NCBI GenBank assembly: GCA_964356815.1 | Contig: CAYHIR010000003.1 | Span: 2,198 to 66,197 of the forward strand | Length of the DNA stretch: 64,000 bases | Reading direction: 5' to 3' | DNA from: an uncultured Candidatus Saccharibacteria bacterium | GTDB lineage: Bacteria > Patescibacteriota > Minisyncoccia > Phycocordibacterales > DATGWK01 | Part shown: positions 48,707 through 57,467 of the stretch, piece after piece | Layout of the letters: the number at the start of each line of letters is the position of its first letter | How positions within the stretch are numbered: position 1 is the first letter of the stretch | The notes under the pieces: generated by a model | Seen by the model: the letters and a program-made list of their open reading frames with translations, nothing else | Database searches by the model: none | Told to the model about the DNA's origin: nothing | Position numbers and translations under genes: made by a program

Positions 48707-49114
48707 TTACACGATTTCAATCTTCTCCCCCGCTTTGAGGTAGACATAGGCCTTTTTGCCGCCTTTCTTCACGCCAGCTTTGCCACGAGAGAATACCTTT
48801 TTTGCTGGCACTTGCACAACGCGGACCTTTGATGGCTTCACATTGTAGACATCTTGCACAGCTTTGGCGATAGAAATTTTTGTCGCGCTTGAGTGAACGT
48901 CGAAAGTGTAGACAGGAGCGGCTTTTCCGTCTTCACCACCTTGAGCGAGCATCGTGGCTTTTTCAGTAATTCTTGGATTCAAAAGAACGAGTGTAAAATC
49001 GCCAGCTGGATTTTTCGGGCCGGTAGAATCAGAATTTTTTAGGACAGCATTTTCTACAGGAACTTTCTTTTCCTTAGGAGCCTTTGTTTCTTTTTTTGAT
49101 TTAAATAAAGCCAT
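48707..49114 (-). CDS. rplW: 50S ribosomal protein L23 with an N-terminal extension
   Basis: KISIAKAVQDVYNVKPSKVRVVQVPAKKV. Confidence 0.85.
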   Translation of the reverse strand: MALFKSKKETKAPKEKKVPVENAVLKNSDSTGPKNPAGDFTLVLLNPRITEKATMLAQGGEDGKAAPVYTFDVHSSATKISIAKAVQDVYNVKPSKVRVVQVPAKKVFSRGKAGVKKGGKKAYVYLKAGEKIEIV

Positions 49115-49119
49115 GGTGA

Positions 49120-49779
49120 TTATTCGAGTTTTCTGGCAATCGCGCCGATAGAAACTTCTGGGTTCACAAAGACAATGTATTTGTAAGACATAATATCGAG
49201 TGGATTCAAATTGCGAGATTCGTCGACCAAAACATTACCGAAATTTTGGAAACTGCGCTCTAAGCCAACATCTTTTTTGTCGAGAGCGATGTAGAGAGCG
49301 TTGTTTTTCTTGATAGCATTTTTTAGAGAATCGATTTTACCCAAACTTTCAAACACGCCACGCGCTTCTTTTGTCTTTGAAGCTTTAAGTGTGAGACTGT
49401 CGAGGAAAACCACCTGTCCATCTTTAAATTTTTTAGACAAAATAGTGTAAAGAGCTTTAGCTTTCATTTTCTTGCTCACAGTGCGAGAGAAATTTTTCTC
49501 ATTGCGAGGACCATGTGTGACACCTCCACCAACCCAAATAGGTGAACGGCTAGAGCCGTGACGAGCGCGACCTGTGCCCTTTTGTTGCCACGGCTTCTTA
49601 CCTCCACCGCGCACTTCGCCACGATTTTTGGTGTGAGCCACAGGCTTGCGCATATTTGTACGAAGAGATGTGACGACCTGATGCACGAGATCTGAATTCC
49701 ACGGCAAACCAAAAACGCCTTCAGGAATTTCGATATTCCCTGCTTCGCTTCCGGTTTGTTTGTAAAGTGTGGCTTTCAT
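49120..49779 (-). CDS. rplD: 50S ribosomal protein L4
   Basis: MKATLYKQTGSEAGNIEIPEGVFGLPWNSDLVHQVV. Confidence 0.9.
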   Translation of the reverse strand: MKATLYKQTGSEAGNIEIPEGVFGLPWNSDLVHQVVTSLRTNMRKPVAHTKNRGEVRGGGKKPWQQKGTGRARHGSSRSPIWVGGGVTHGPRNEKNFSRTVSKKMKAKALYTILSKKFKDGQVVFLDSLTLKASKTKEARGVFESLGKIDSLKNAIKKNNALYIALDKKDVGLERSFQNFGNVLVDESRNLNPLDIMSYKYIVFVNPEVSIGAIARKLE

Positions 49780-49781
49780 GT

Positions 49782-50399
49782 TTATACCCCGCGGATCTCC
49801 ACTACTGTGCCTCGACGGCCAGGAATAGCTCCTGATACGAGAATAAGATTGCCCACAGCATTGGCCTGGAGAACTTTGAGACCTTTGACGCTCACAACAG
49901 CACCACCCATACGGCCGGCCATGCGCATGCCTTTTGGTACTTTGTTGCGAAGACCACCGCCGATAGAGCCGGCCTCGCGCTCAGAATGCTTCTGACCGTG
50001 ACTTCGAGGACCACCGTGGAAACCATGGCGCTTCACAACACCCTGAAAGCCCTTACCCTTTGAAATGGCAGTAACGACGATTTTGTCGCCAGCGGAGAAA
50101 GCATCGGCTTTGATTGAGTCGCCTACTTTTGACTCGGCAAGATCGGCGGCATCGAGACGAAACTCTTTTAGGAGAGAGAAATTGCCAAGCTCTTTTGTGT
50201 GACCAAGCACAGGCTTAGAAATATTTTTAGCCTTGCGTGTACCGTAGCCCACTTGAAGCGCACTGTAGCCGTCGCGCTCTTTTGTCTTCACTTGGGTGAC
50301 GACAATCGGACCAGCAGAAACAATCGTTGCAGGCTGAACTTTACCGGCATCGTCGAAAATCTGAGTCATATGCATTTTTTTTCCGAGAATGATTTTCAT
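49782..50399 (-). CDS. rplC: 50S ribosomal protein L3
   Basis: L3 family, 205 aa. Confidence 0.9.
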   Translation of the reverse strand: MKIILGKKMHMTQIFDDAGKVQPATIVSAGPIVVTQVKTKERDGYSALQVGYGTRKAKNISKPVLGHTKELGNFSLLKEFRLDAADLAESKVGDSIKADAFSAGDKIVVTAISKGKGFQGVVKRHGFHGGPRSHGQKHSEREAGSIGGGLRNKVPKGMRMAGRMGGAVVSVKGLKVLQANAVGNLILVSGAIPGRRGTVVEIRGV

Positions 50400-50791
50400 T
50401 ACATTATCTTCACATCGATATTGACACCTGAAGGCAAGCTTAGATTTGTGAGCGCTTCGATGATTTTTGGATTCGGATTGATGATGTCGATCAAGCGCTT
50501 ATGAATGCGCATTTCAAATTGCTCACGGGCATTTTTGTAGACGAAAGCCGCGCGGTTGACCGTGTACTTCTTGATCTCTGTAGGCAGAGGAATCGGACCA
50601 ACAACCTGAGCATCGTAGCGAAGAGCTGTGTCGATTATTTGACGCACCGAAACATCGAGAATCTTATACTCGTAGGCACGAACGCGGATACGAAGCTTAG
50701 AGATACCGTCGGCTTTTGCAACCTTAGACTCCTTAGCTTCTTTAGAGCTATGGGCCTTTGCCTTTTTCGTTGTTGCCTGTTTGGTAGTCAT
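50399..50791 (-). CDS. rpsJ: 30S ribosomal protein S10 with an N-terminal Lys-rich extension
   Basis: KLRIRVRAYEYKILDVSVRQIIDTALRYDAQVVGPIPLPTEIKKYTVNRAAFVYKNAREQFEMRIHKRLIDI. Confidence 0.9.
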   Translation of the reverse strand: MTTKQATTKKAKAHSSKEAKESKVAKADGISKLRIRVRAYEYKILDVSVRQIIDTALRYDAQVVGPIPLPTEIKKYTVNRAAFVYKNAREQFEMRIHKRLIDIINPNPKIIEALTNLSLPSGVNIDVKIM

Positions 50792-50861
50792 GTGATTTTA
50801 ATGTGCAGTTTTTTGTGCGATTCCCTAAAATGTGCGGGCTGTCAGATTACCAGAGAAGTGT

Positions 50862-52058
50862 TTATTTTACAACCTTTGTGACAACTCCGGCGCCGACTGT
50901 CTTACCACCTTCGCGGATAGCAAAGCGCTGTTTTTCTTCTAGAGCAATAGGAGCAACGAGCTTCACCTTAAAGGTAACTGTGTCTCCAGGCATAACCATT
51001 TCGACTTTTTCAGGAAGAGTTACTTCGCCAGTTACGTCTGTAGTTCGCATATAGAACTGTGGTTTGTAACCGTTGAAGAAAGGAGTGTGACGACCACCTT
51101 CTTCTTTCTTAAGAATGTAGACTTCAGACTCAAATTCTGTATGGGGATTGGCTGTACCCGGCTTAGCAATAACCTGACCGCGAGAAATATCTTCTTTCTT
51201 TAAGCCTCGGAGAAGAACACCAGCATTGTCGCCAGCCATACCTTCTTTTAGAGACTTGTTGAACATTTCAATACCAGTAATAACGCTTTTGACCGTTGGC
51301 TTCAAACCAATAAGCTCAACTTCTTCACCAACCTTTGCAATACCGCGTTCGATACGACCAGTAACGACAGTACCGCGACCTTCGATAGAGAAAACATCTT
51401 CGATTGGCATAAGGAATGGCTTGTCGAGCTCACGAACTGGCATCGGAATATATGTATCGAGAGCGTTTACAAGCTCAAGAACTTTCATAGACCACTCGTC
51501 GTCGTTTGTTTTTGATTCCAAAGCTTTAAGACCAGAACCACGAATAATAGGAGCAGGATTTGCAGGATCGTCGTAATCGTATTTCTTCAAAAGATCGCGG
51601 ACCTCTTCTTCAACGAGGTCGATAAGCTCTTTATCTGGAACCATGTCACACTTATTGAGGAAAACAATGATTTTTGGTACACCGACTTGCTTAGCAAGGA
51701 GAATATGTTCGCGAGTTTGGGGCATAACACCGTCTGTAGCGGCAACAACCAAAATAGCGCCGTCCATTTGAGCGGCACCGGTGATCATGTTCTTAATATA
51801 GTCGGCGTGACCAGGAGCGTCGATGTGCGCGTAGTGACGAGCATCGCTTGAGTATTCGTTGTGAGAAAGAGAAATTGTAATACCGCGAGCCTTTTCTTCT
51901 GGGGCTGAGTCGATATCATCTACACCCTTAATCTTCACGTCTTTTCCAGCACGATGAAGAACGTTCAAAATAGCGGCTGTTAGCGTAGTTTTTCCGTGGT
52001 CAACGTGGCCAATTGTTCCGACGTTTACATGGGGCTTTGTTCGATCAAAATCTGCCAT
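50862..52058 (-). CDS. tuf: Elongation factor Tu
   Basis: 398 aa with [22 protein letters not shown]. Confidence 0.95.
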   Translation of the reverse strand: MADFDRTKPHVNVGTIGHVDHGKTTLTAAILNVLHRAGKDVKIKGVDDIDSAPEEKARGITISLSHNEYSSDARHYAHIDAPGHADYIKNMITGAAQMDGAILVVAATDGVMPQTREHILLAKQVGVPKIIVFLNKCDMVPDKELIDLVEEEVRDLLKKYDYDDPANPAPIIRGSGLKALESKTNDDEWSMKVLELVNALDTYIPMPVRELDKPFLMPIEDVFSIEGRGTVVTGRIERGIAKVGEEVELIGLKPTVKSVITGIEMFNKSLKEGMAGDNAGVLLRGLKKEDISRGQVIAKPGTANPHTEFESEVYILKKEEGGRHTPFFNGYKPQFYMRTTDVTGEVTLPEKVEMVMPGDTVTFKVKLVAPIALEEKQRFAIREGGKTVGAGVVTKVVK

Positions 52059-52227
52059 ATTTTTTTATATTAAAATTAATTTTTTATAATGTAACTAAAC
52101 TAACCGGACGATTAATCATCCCGAATTCGTTTCTTTTGACCAGGCACTAGAGTGCCAAAACAAAAACGACGCGCGAAGCGGTAAAGAATATACTAGCAGA
52201 GGGGTGAAATTAGTCAAATAATTACGA

Positions 52228-52320
52228 AACCTTTGTTTGAAAAGTGAACGGCGTAGATTTCTGCTGAAATCTCGCCTCACTCTCGACCCGTCGGTCTGCG
52301 AGAGTCACTTTGTAAAGTAA
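52228..52320 (+). repeat. Copy B2 of the structured intergenic element (opposite orientation), upstream of tuf
   Basis: AAAGTGAACGGCGTAGATTTCTGCTGAAATCTCGCCTCACTCTCGACCCGTCGGTCTGCGAGAGTCACTT. The inner hairpin CTCTC-GACC/GGTC-GAGAG covaries with B1 and the A-type copies. Confidence 0.7.
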
Positions 52321-52449
52321 ATTCTCTCCATTGTCTAATCGTGTGTTTATTCGTCATGGCTTTGACAACTTTCAAACGACTACGTATCATTTAAGTCAGA
52401 TTCTTAGAGTGTACAGGGATGAGAGAAAACCCAAACAACTGGAGGTAGA

Positions 52450-52812
52450 ATGGGGATTCGAGAAACTCTTCAGAATGTGCCTGAAGCAATGAAAGAGGTT
52501 GTGAGAGAAATCAGGGAGGTGAAGCGAAACCCAAAGAATGGCAAAAAAGATTGGGTGGATTTTGGGGCAGACAGGATCTCTGAATTCATTTTGAAATTCT
52601 TTGATCCTGGAGAGCACGAGGTATTCATGGATCAGTTCCACCGAAGGCTCTTGGACAGGACGGCATTCAGGGATTCGGCAGGAGGGGTTGATGAGTGTCT
52701 CCGAAAAGTCCACGGGAAGATCGCGGAGGCTTTGAAAGAACGAGCTGAGGCTACGAAAACCGCTGTCAAAACGGAGGTAGAAACCAGACAAGAAGTTGGG
52801 GTTGGGGTCTGA
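52450..52812 (+). CDS. Hypothetical protein (120 aa) in the tuf-fusA insertion
   Basis: It is an intact ORF followed by terminator 52821-52850. I recognise no family. Confidence 0.45.
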   Translation: MGIRETLQNVPEAMKEVVREIREVKRNPKNGKKDWVDFGADRISEFILKFFDPGEHEVFMDQFHRRLLDRTAFRDSAGGVDECLRKVHGKIAEALKERAEATKTAVKTEVETRQEVGVGV

Positions 52813-52820
52813 AACGGCAA

Positions 52821-52850
52821 GCCCCGCGCGATGCGCGGGGCTTTTTACTT
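52821..52850 (+). terminator. Intrinsic terminator, copy 1 of a duplicated motif
   Basis: AAGCCCCGCGCGatgCGCGGGGCTTTTT. Confidence 0.7.
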
Positions 52851-52945
52851 GACAAATAAACTAAAAAATGTTAGTAATCTGCCAGGCAGTTCGCCTTCAA
52901 CCGTGGTCGAAAACCACATAAACCCAACAAGAGAGGAGCTAGTTT

Positions 52946-53611
52946 GTGAGTCCAGAGAAGACAATGAGAGTTGATGAAATACTAAAAAGTACCATCAGCG
53001 AAGGTGGGATGGTGCTTGTGCTAGGATGGATGGCCAGATATCACGACCGACTGACTTTAAGGCTGGAAGAAGCTGGACTTGTAAGGTTTGTGGAAGAACC
53101 ACCAAGAGTAATAGCCCCGACGACCTTGGTAATTTTCACGCGGTTCATAAAACACAAATCTACGGAGCGAGCTCGTGGACAAGGGGCAAACGTCTTTCCC
53201 CACTCTTTCACGCCAAGAGCCATCAAGTCGCATCTCAAGGTCCTTGTGTCATTTTTACCCAAAAAGACCGAGGCATCCATCGTTCAACCAATCAAGGTTG
53301 AGTTTGTCCACCAATCTGTCCATCAAGTTGGGAAACAAGGAGAGCAATCCGTGAAAAGTACCGAGAGGTCGGATTCGTCAGAACCAGTCAAAAAGGCTGC
53401 GATTGCGGCGATACCACCCGCAACACCAGACCCGCGTCTTGCATTCGCTGTCGAATTTTCAGAATTGGTCAAACATGACCCGCATGGCGAGCTTGGAAAG
53501 TCCAACACAGCCAAGCTGATCAGGAAACATTTCGGCCAACATACCCGCGCCAGTGCACTCACCGATCTTCTCATTTCAGAGAAGAAAGAGGGAAAAAAGA
53601 AAATCGGCTGA
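52946..53611 (+). CDS. Hypothetical protein (221 aa). The same reading frame continues after a single TGA into a 77-codon coiled-coil-like ORF (53612..53845)
   Basis: The first ORF ends ...KKKIG-TGA. Downstream in frame: YRASELLLELATSQ...IEERIRDLRSQIESLEAELKRAEEAEALLTKLDALLK, then TAA, then a terminator. Confidence 0.45.
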   Translation: MSPEKTMRVDEILKSTISEGGMVLVLGWMARYHDRLTLRLEEAGLVRFVEEPPRVIAPTTLVIFTRFIKHKSTERARGQGANVFPHSFTPRAIKSHLKVLVSFLPKKTEASIVQPIKVEFVHQSVHQVGKQGEQSVKSTERSDSSEPVKKAAIAAIPPATPDPRLAFAVEFSELVKHDPHGELGKSNTAKLIRKHFGQHTRASALTDLLISEKKEGKKKIG

Positions 53612-53875
53612 TATCGAGCATCAGAACTTCTCCTCGAACTTGCCACATCACAGGCGGCCACCAATCGCCCTCCTGATGAAGGCGCAGGTTCTCTGGAGAA
53701 AGCTCGGTGGCTGGTGAGCAGAAAACCAGAGATTGAAGAACGGATACGAGACCTCAGATCGCAGATCGAATCTCTGGAGGCCGAGCTGAAAAGGGCCGAG
53801 GAAGCCGAAGCACTCCTAACGAAACTTGACGCTCTGCTTAAGTAAAGTGACTTGAGCAGACGACGCAAGAACACC

Positions 53876-53906
53876 GAAGCCCCGCGCGACGCGCGGGGCT
53901 TTTTTC
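53876..53906 (+). terminator. Intrinsic terminator, copy 2 of the duplicated motif
   Basis: AAGCCCCGCGCGacgCGCGGGGCTTTTTT: 29/30 identical to the 52821 copy. Confidence 0.7.
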
Positions 53907-53952
53907 TTGCCGAAAAATTAGCATTGGGAGTCCGGGAGCAAATAAACAAAAA

Positions 53953-54056
53953 TATTTTGTGTTTTGAGAAATGACTCTGCGGAGGCGCTTGGCGCCGAGC
54001 GGGAGGAAAATTTTCAGCAGAAAATTATTCCGTGCATTTCGAAGAACACAAAAGGT
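53953..54056 (+). repeat. Copy A3 of the structured intergenic element (core 53973-54035), abutting the fusA stop
   Basis: The core is GACTCTGCGGAGGCGCTTGGCGCCGAGCGGGAGGAAAATTTTCAGCAGAAAATTATTCCGTGC. The arms TTTTGTGTTTTGAGAAAT / ATTTCGAAGAACACAAAAG pair, including G·U positions. Confidence 0.8.
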
Positions 54057-54061
54057 TTTCT

Positions 54062-56203
54062 TTACTTTCTCGCCTCCACTATCTCAGTCTCCACGTTCTT
54101 TGGTACAACCTCGTAATGATCAAATTCCATAGTAGCGTTACCGCGGCCTTCAGTCATAGAGCGGAGCTGGGTGGTGTAGCCGAACATTTCTGAAAGTGGC
54201 ACTTTGGCTCGGATGACTTTGAGCATCCCCCTCTCTTCCATACCTTCTATCTGACCACGCTTGCCTGAAAGTGAGCCGGTGATGTCGCCCATGAATTTCT
54301 CAGGGAAAACAACTTCGATTTTCATAATCGGCTCGAGAATAACGGGCCGCGCACGCTTAGCGGCATCTTGAAAAGCTTTCGAAGCGGCGATTTTGTAAGC
54401 AATTTCAGATGAGTCGACATCGTGAGAGGAGCCGAAAGTGAGCTCGGCAGAAATGTTGACCATTTTGAAACCGGCGACGATACCGCGATCGAGTGCTTCG
54501 CGAATACCTTTTTCAACGGCTGGAATAAACTCTTGAGGAATAACACCACCTTTGATGGAGTCGATAAATTCGAATTCGTCGTAGCGTTTGACGTTTTTAG
54601 GAATTTTCTTTTCAGGATCGAGAGGCTCGAGCGGCTTGATATTGATAACGACGTGACCGTATTGACCCTTACCTCCAGATTGCTTGATGTATTTGTGCTC
54701 GGCTTCGGCTGTGCCAGTGATGGTTTCTTTGTAGGCTACCTGTGGCTTACCGACATTGGCCTCCACACCGAATTCGCGCTTCATACGATCGATCATAATT
54801 TCGAGATGAAGCTCGCCCATACCAGAAATGAGAGTCTCGAATGTTTCTGGATTGGTTGTAATGTGGAAAGTTGGATCTTCATCGGAAAGTTTCTTGAGGG
54901 CCATACCCATTTTTTCTTGGTCAGCTTTTGTTTTTGGTTCGATGCGAAGAGACACGACCGGCGCGGCGAATTTTATAACATCGAGAATGACAGGATTGTT
55001 TTCGTCACAAAAAGTGTGAGATGTTTTTGCACTCTTGAGGCCCACAGCCGCCGCGATTTCACCCGCGAAAACTTTTTTCACTTCCTCGCGTTTGTCTGCC
55101 TGGAGACGGACGATACGGCCGAGTCGCTCTTTTTCACCTGTAGTGGAATTGTAAATATATGTTCCCGATTCAATCGTGCCAGAATAAACACGGAAGAATG
55201 TGAGTTGACCAACGAAAGGATCGGTCTGCAATTTGAAAGCGAGAGCAGCAAAAGGCTCTTCGTCGCTTGCGTGGCGAATGACCTCTCCACCCGTGCGTGG
55301 ATCGATAGCCACAACAGGTGGAATGTCGAGGGGTGATGGTAGATATTCCACAACGCCGTCGAGTACGAGTTGAACGCCTTTATTTTTGAGCGCAGAGCCG
55401 GCAAAAACCGGAATGAGTTTCACTTCGAGAGTGGCTTTACGAAGCACGCGCTTCAGATCTTCAATGCTCGCCTCTTTACCTTCGAGATAGGCGTGCATCA
55501 TGGTATCGTCGTGTTCAACAATTTTTTCTACGAGCTCAGCGTGATATTTTTTGGCTTCTTCGAGATATTCGGCCGGAATTTCTGCCTCGCGGACATTAAT
55601 ACCCATTTCGCCTTCAAAATAATAGGCCTTCATTTTCATAAGATCGATCACGCCGCTAAAATTTTCCTCAAGACCCATCGGAATTTGCAAACGCACAGCA
55701 TTTTTATTGAGACGATCGAGAATAGACGCATACGAACGCTCGAAGCTCGCGCCCATGCGGTCGAGTTTGTTTATAAAACAGACGCGAGGCACTTTGCCTT
55801 CGTCGGCATAGCGCCAATTGGTTTCAGACTGTGGCTCAACGCCAGCCACGCCGTCAAAGACGACCACTGCGCCGTCTAGCACACGGAGCGAACGCTTCAC
55901 CTCTGCGGTGAAATCGATGTGTCCTGGAGTATCGATGATATTGAAGCGATGCATTTGGGATTTGTCTTCACCCATGTAGGTAGGATTCCAAAAACAAGTA
56001 ATCGCGGCTGCGGTGATGGTGATACCGCGCTCTCTTTCCTGTTCCATCCAATCTGTAACCGTATTACCCTCATGCACTTCGCCGATTTTGTGCGACATAC
56101 CAGTATAGAAAAGCACGCGCTCAGATGTCGTGGTTTTACCCGCATCAATATGCGCAATGATTCCGAAATTTCGAACTTTTTCTAATGGGTAGTCGCGGTT
56201 CAT
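54062..56203 (-). CDS. fusA: Elongation factor G
   Basis: 713 aa with [21 protein letters not shown]. Confidence 0.95.
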   Translation of the reverse strand: MNRDYPLEKVRNFGIIAHIDAGKTTTSERVLFYTGMSHKIGEVHEGNTVTDWMEQERERGITITAAAITCFWNPTYMGEDKSQMHRFNIIDTPGHIDFTAEVKRSLRVLDGAVVVFDGVAGVEPQSETNWRYADEGKVPRVCFINKLDRMGASFERSYASILDRLNKNAVRLQIPMGLEENFSGVIDLMKMKAYYFEGEMGINVREAEIPAEYLEEAKKYHAELVEKIVEHDDTMMHAYLEGKEASIEDLKRVLRKATLEVKLIPVFAGSALKNKGVQLVLDGVVEYLPSPLDIPPVVAIDPRTGGEVIRHASDEEPFAALAFKLQTDPFVGQLTFFRVYSGTIESGTYIYNSTTGEKERLGRIVRLQADKREEVKKVFAGEIAAAVGLKSAKTSHTFCDENNPVILDVIKFAAPVVSLRIEPKTKADQEKMGMALKKLSDEDPTFHITTNPETFETLISGMGELHLEIMIDRMKREFGVEANVGKPQVAYKETITGTAEAEHKYIKQSGGKGQYGHVVINIKPLEPLDPEKKIPKNVKRYDEFEFIDSIKGGVIPQEFIPAVEKGIREALDRGIVAGFKMVNISAELTFGSSHDVDSSEIAYKIAASKAFQDAAKRARPVILEPIMKIEVVFPEKFMGDITGSLSGKRGQIEGMEERGMLKVIRAKVPLSEMFGYTTQLRSMTEGRGNATMEFDHYEVVPKNVETEIVEARK

Positions 56204-56307
56204 GAAAATTATTTTTTAGAAATATACTTCTGTCGTGACCGGCGTAGATTTCTAAAACATTAAATTAATAAATTAAATAATAACTTGCCAAATGCTTTAT
56301 CAGTGTA

Positions 56308-56410
56308 GCAAACTTTATTTCTGAGAGACTCTGCGGAGGCGCTTGGCGCCGAGCAGGAGGAAAAATTTCACCAGAAATTTATTCCGTGCTCGAAGAAATA
56401 AAATTTGCGA
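56308..56410 (+). repeat. Copy A4 of the structured intergenic element (core 56327-56389), between rpsG and fusA
   Basis: The core is GACTCTGCGGAGGCGCTTGGCGCCGAGCAGGAGGAAAAATTTCACCAGAAATTTATTCCGTGC. The arms GCAAACTTTATTTCTGAGAG / CTCGAAGAAATAAAATTTGCG pair. Confidence 0.8.
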
Positions 56411-56413
56411 AAC

Positions 56414-56884
56414 TTACCACGCGAAGTGGGCGAACGCCTTATTCGCCTCCGCCATCTTGTGAGTGTTTTCGCGTTTCTTCACAGCCTCACCTTCGTTTTT
56501 GGCAGCCAAAATGATTTCGTCGGCCAAGCGTTCATTCATAGCCGCGCCTTTTCGGCCACGAGCGGCTTCGATAATCCATTTCATAGAAAGAGCAAGACGG
56601 CGCTCTGGTCGTACTTCACGAGGAATTTGATAATTGGCACCACCGACACGGCGAGAGCGCACTTCCATAAGAGGGCCGGTGTTTTTAAGAGCTGTGTCCA
56701 AAACCTCTATAGGATTTTCCGTCTTGGTTTTTTCTTTAATCAAATCGAGGGCTTCATAGACAATAACGCGGGCAGTGTTTTTCTTACCGCTGTACATAAG
56801 GTAGTTTATAAATTTAGCAACTTTCTGAGAACTATATTTATAGTCTGGTTCAAGTGATGCTTTTTTCTTTAATTTTCTTCGCAT
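56414..56884 (-). CDS. rpsG: 30S ribosomal protein S7
   Basis: 156 aa, S7 family. Confidence 0.9.
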   Translation of the reverse strand: MRRKLKKKASLEPDYKYSSQKVAKFINYLMYSGKKNTARVIVYEALDLIKEKTKTENPIEVLDTALKNTGPLMEVRSRRVGGANYQIPREVRPERRLALSMKWIIEAARGRKGAAMNERLADEIILAAKNEGEAVKKRENTHKMAEANKAFAHFAW

Positions 56885-56928
56885 TTTAGTTTAAATTTTG
56901 TAAGCCGGCGTAGATTTGCCAACTAATA

Positions 56929-57348
56929 TTACTCAGCTTTTGCCTTTGGCTTTTTAGCTCCGTACACGCTTCGGCTTGTACGACGACCTTCCACGCCAGT
57001 GGCGTCGAGACGACCGCGAACAATAGTGTAACGAACACCAACGTCTTTCACGCGACCACCGCGAAGCACAACAACTGAATGTTCTTGAAGATTGTGACCA
57101 ACGCCCGGGATGTAGGCAGTAACTTCCATGCCGTTTGTGAGACGAACTCTAGCGATTTTTCGAATAGCGGAGTTTGGCTTTTTAGGAGTTTTCGTTGTGA
57201 CCTTTGTACAAACGCCGCGCTTGAATGGAGATGGGTAGTAGATAGGGCGGTTTTTGAGAACATTAAAACCACGGTTAAGAGCGATCGCTTTAGATTTGCG
57301 GATATTGCTCTTTCGCTTTCGTTTTACTAATTGGTTGATTGTTGACAT
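56929..57348 (-). CDS. rpsL: 30S ribosomal protein S12
   Basis: [14 protein letters not shown] ... [53 protein letters not shown]. Confidence 0.95.
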   Translation of the reverse strand: MSTINQLVKRKRKSNIRKSKAIALNRGFNVLKNRPIYYPSPFKRGVCTKVTTKTPKKPNSAIRKIARVRLTNGMEVTAYIPGVGHNLQEHSVVVLRGGRVKDVGVRYTIVRGRLDATGVEGRRTSRSVYGAKKPKAKAE

Positions 57349-57387
57349 CTATTTGACCGCGCGGCGGCTTTTGGCCGCGCACTTCGA

Positions 57388-57410
57388 TAAAAAAACGAGC
57401 TTAAACTCGT
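57388..57410 (-). terminator. Intrinsic terminator between the DGR RT and rpsL
   Basis: On the minus strand: ACGAGtttaaGCTCGT followed by TTTTTTT. Confidence 0.55.
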
Positions 57411-57467
57411 GGGGACACTCTACTATGGAGAGGAAAATTGTGCAACAGGTTACCTTATATATAGAGA

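Noticed and set aside
52396-52791. 131-aa minus-strand ORF overlapping the plus-strand ORF 52450..52812
   Set aside because: The plus-strand ORF is followed immediately by a strong intrinsic terminator in its own orientation, so plus is the better-supported strand. Neither ORF has recognisable homology.
53609-53611. In-frame TGA joining two ORFs: possible UGA-recoding genetic code (code 25 / selenocysteine)
   Set aside because: All long housekeeping genes in the window (fusA, tuf, secY, ftsH, ligA, recG) are uninterrupted with standard stops. TGA therefore behaves as a stop here, and there are no SECIS-like features. It is more likely a pseudogene split or two genes.
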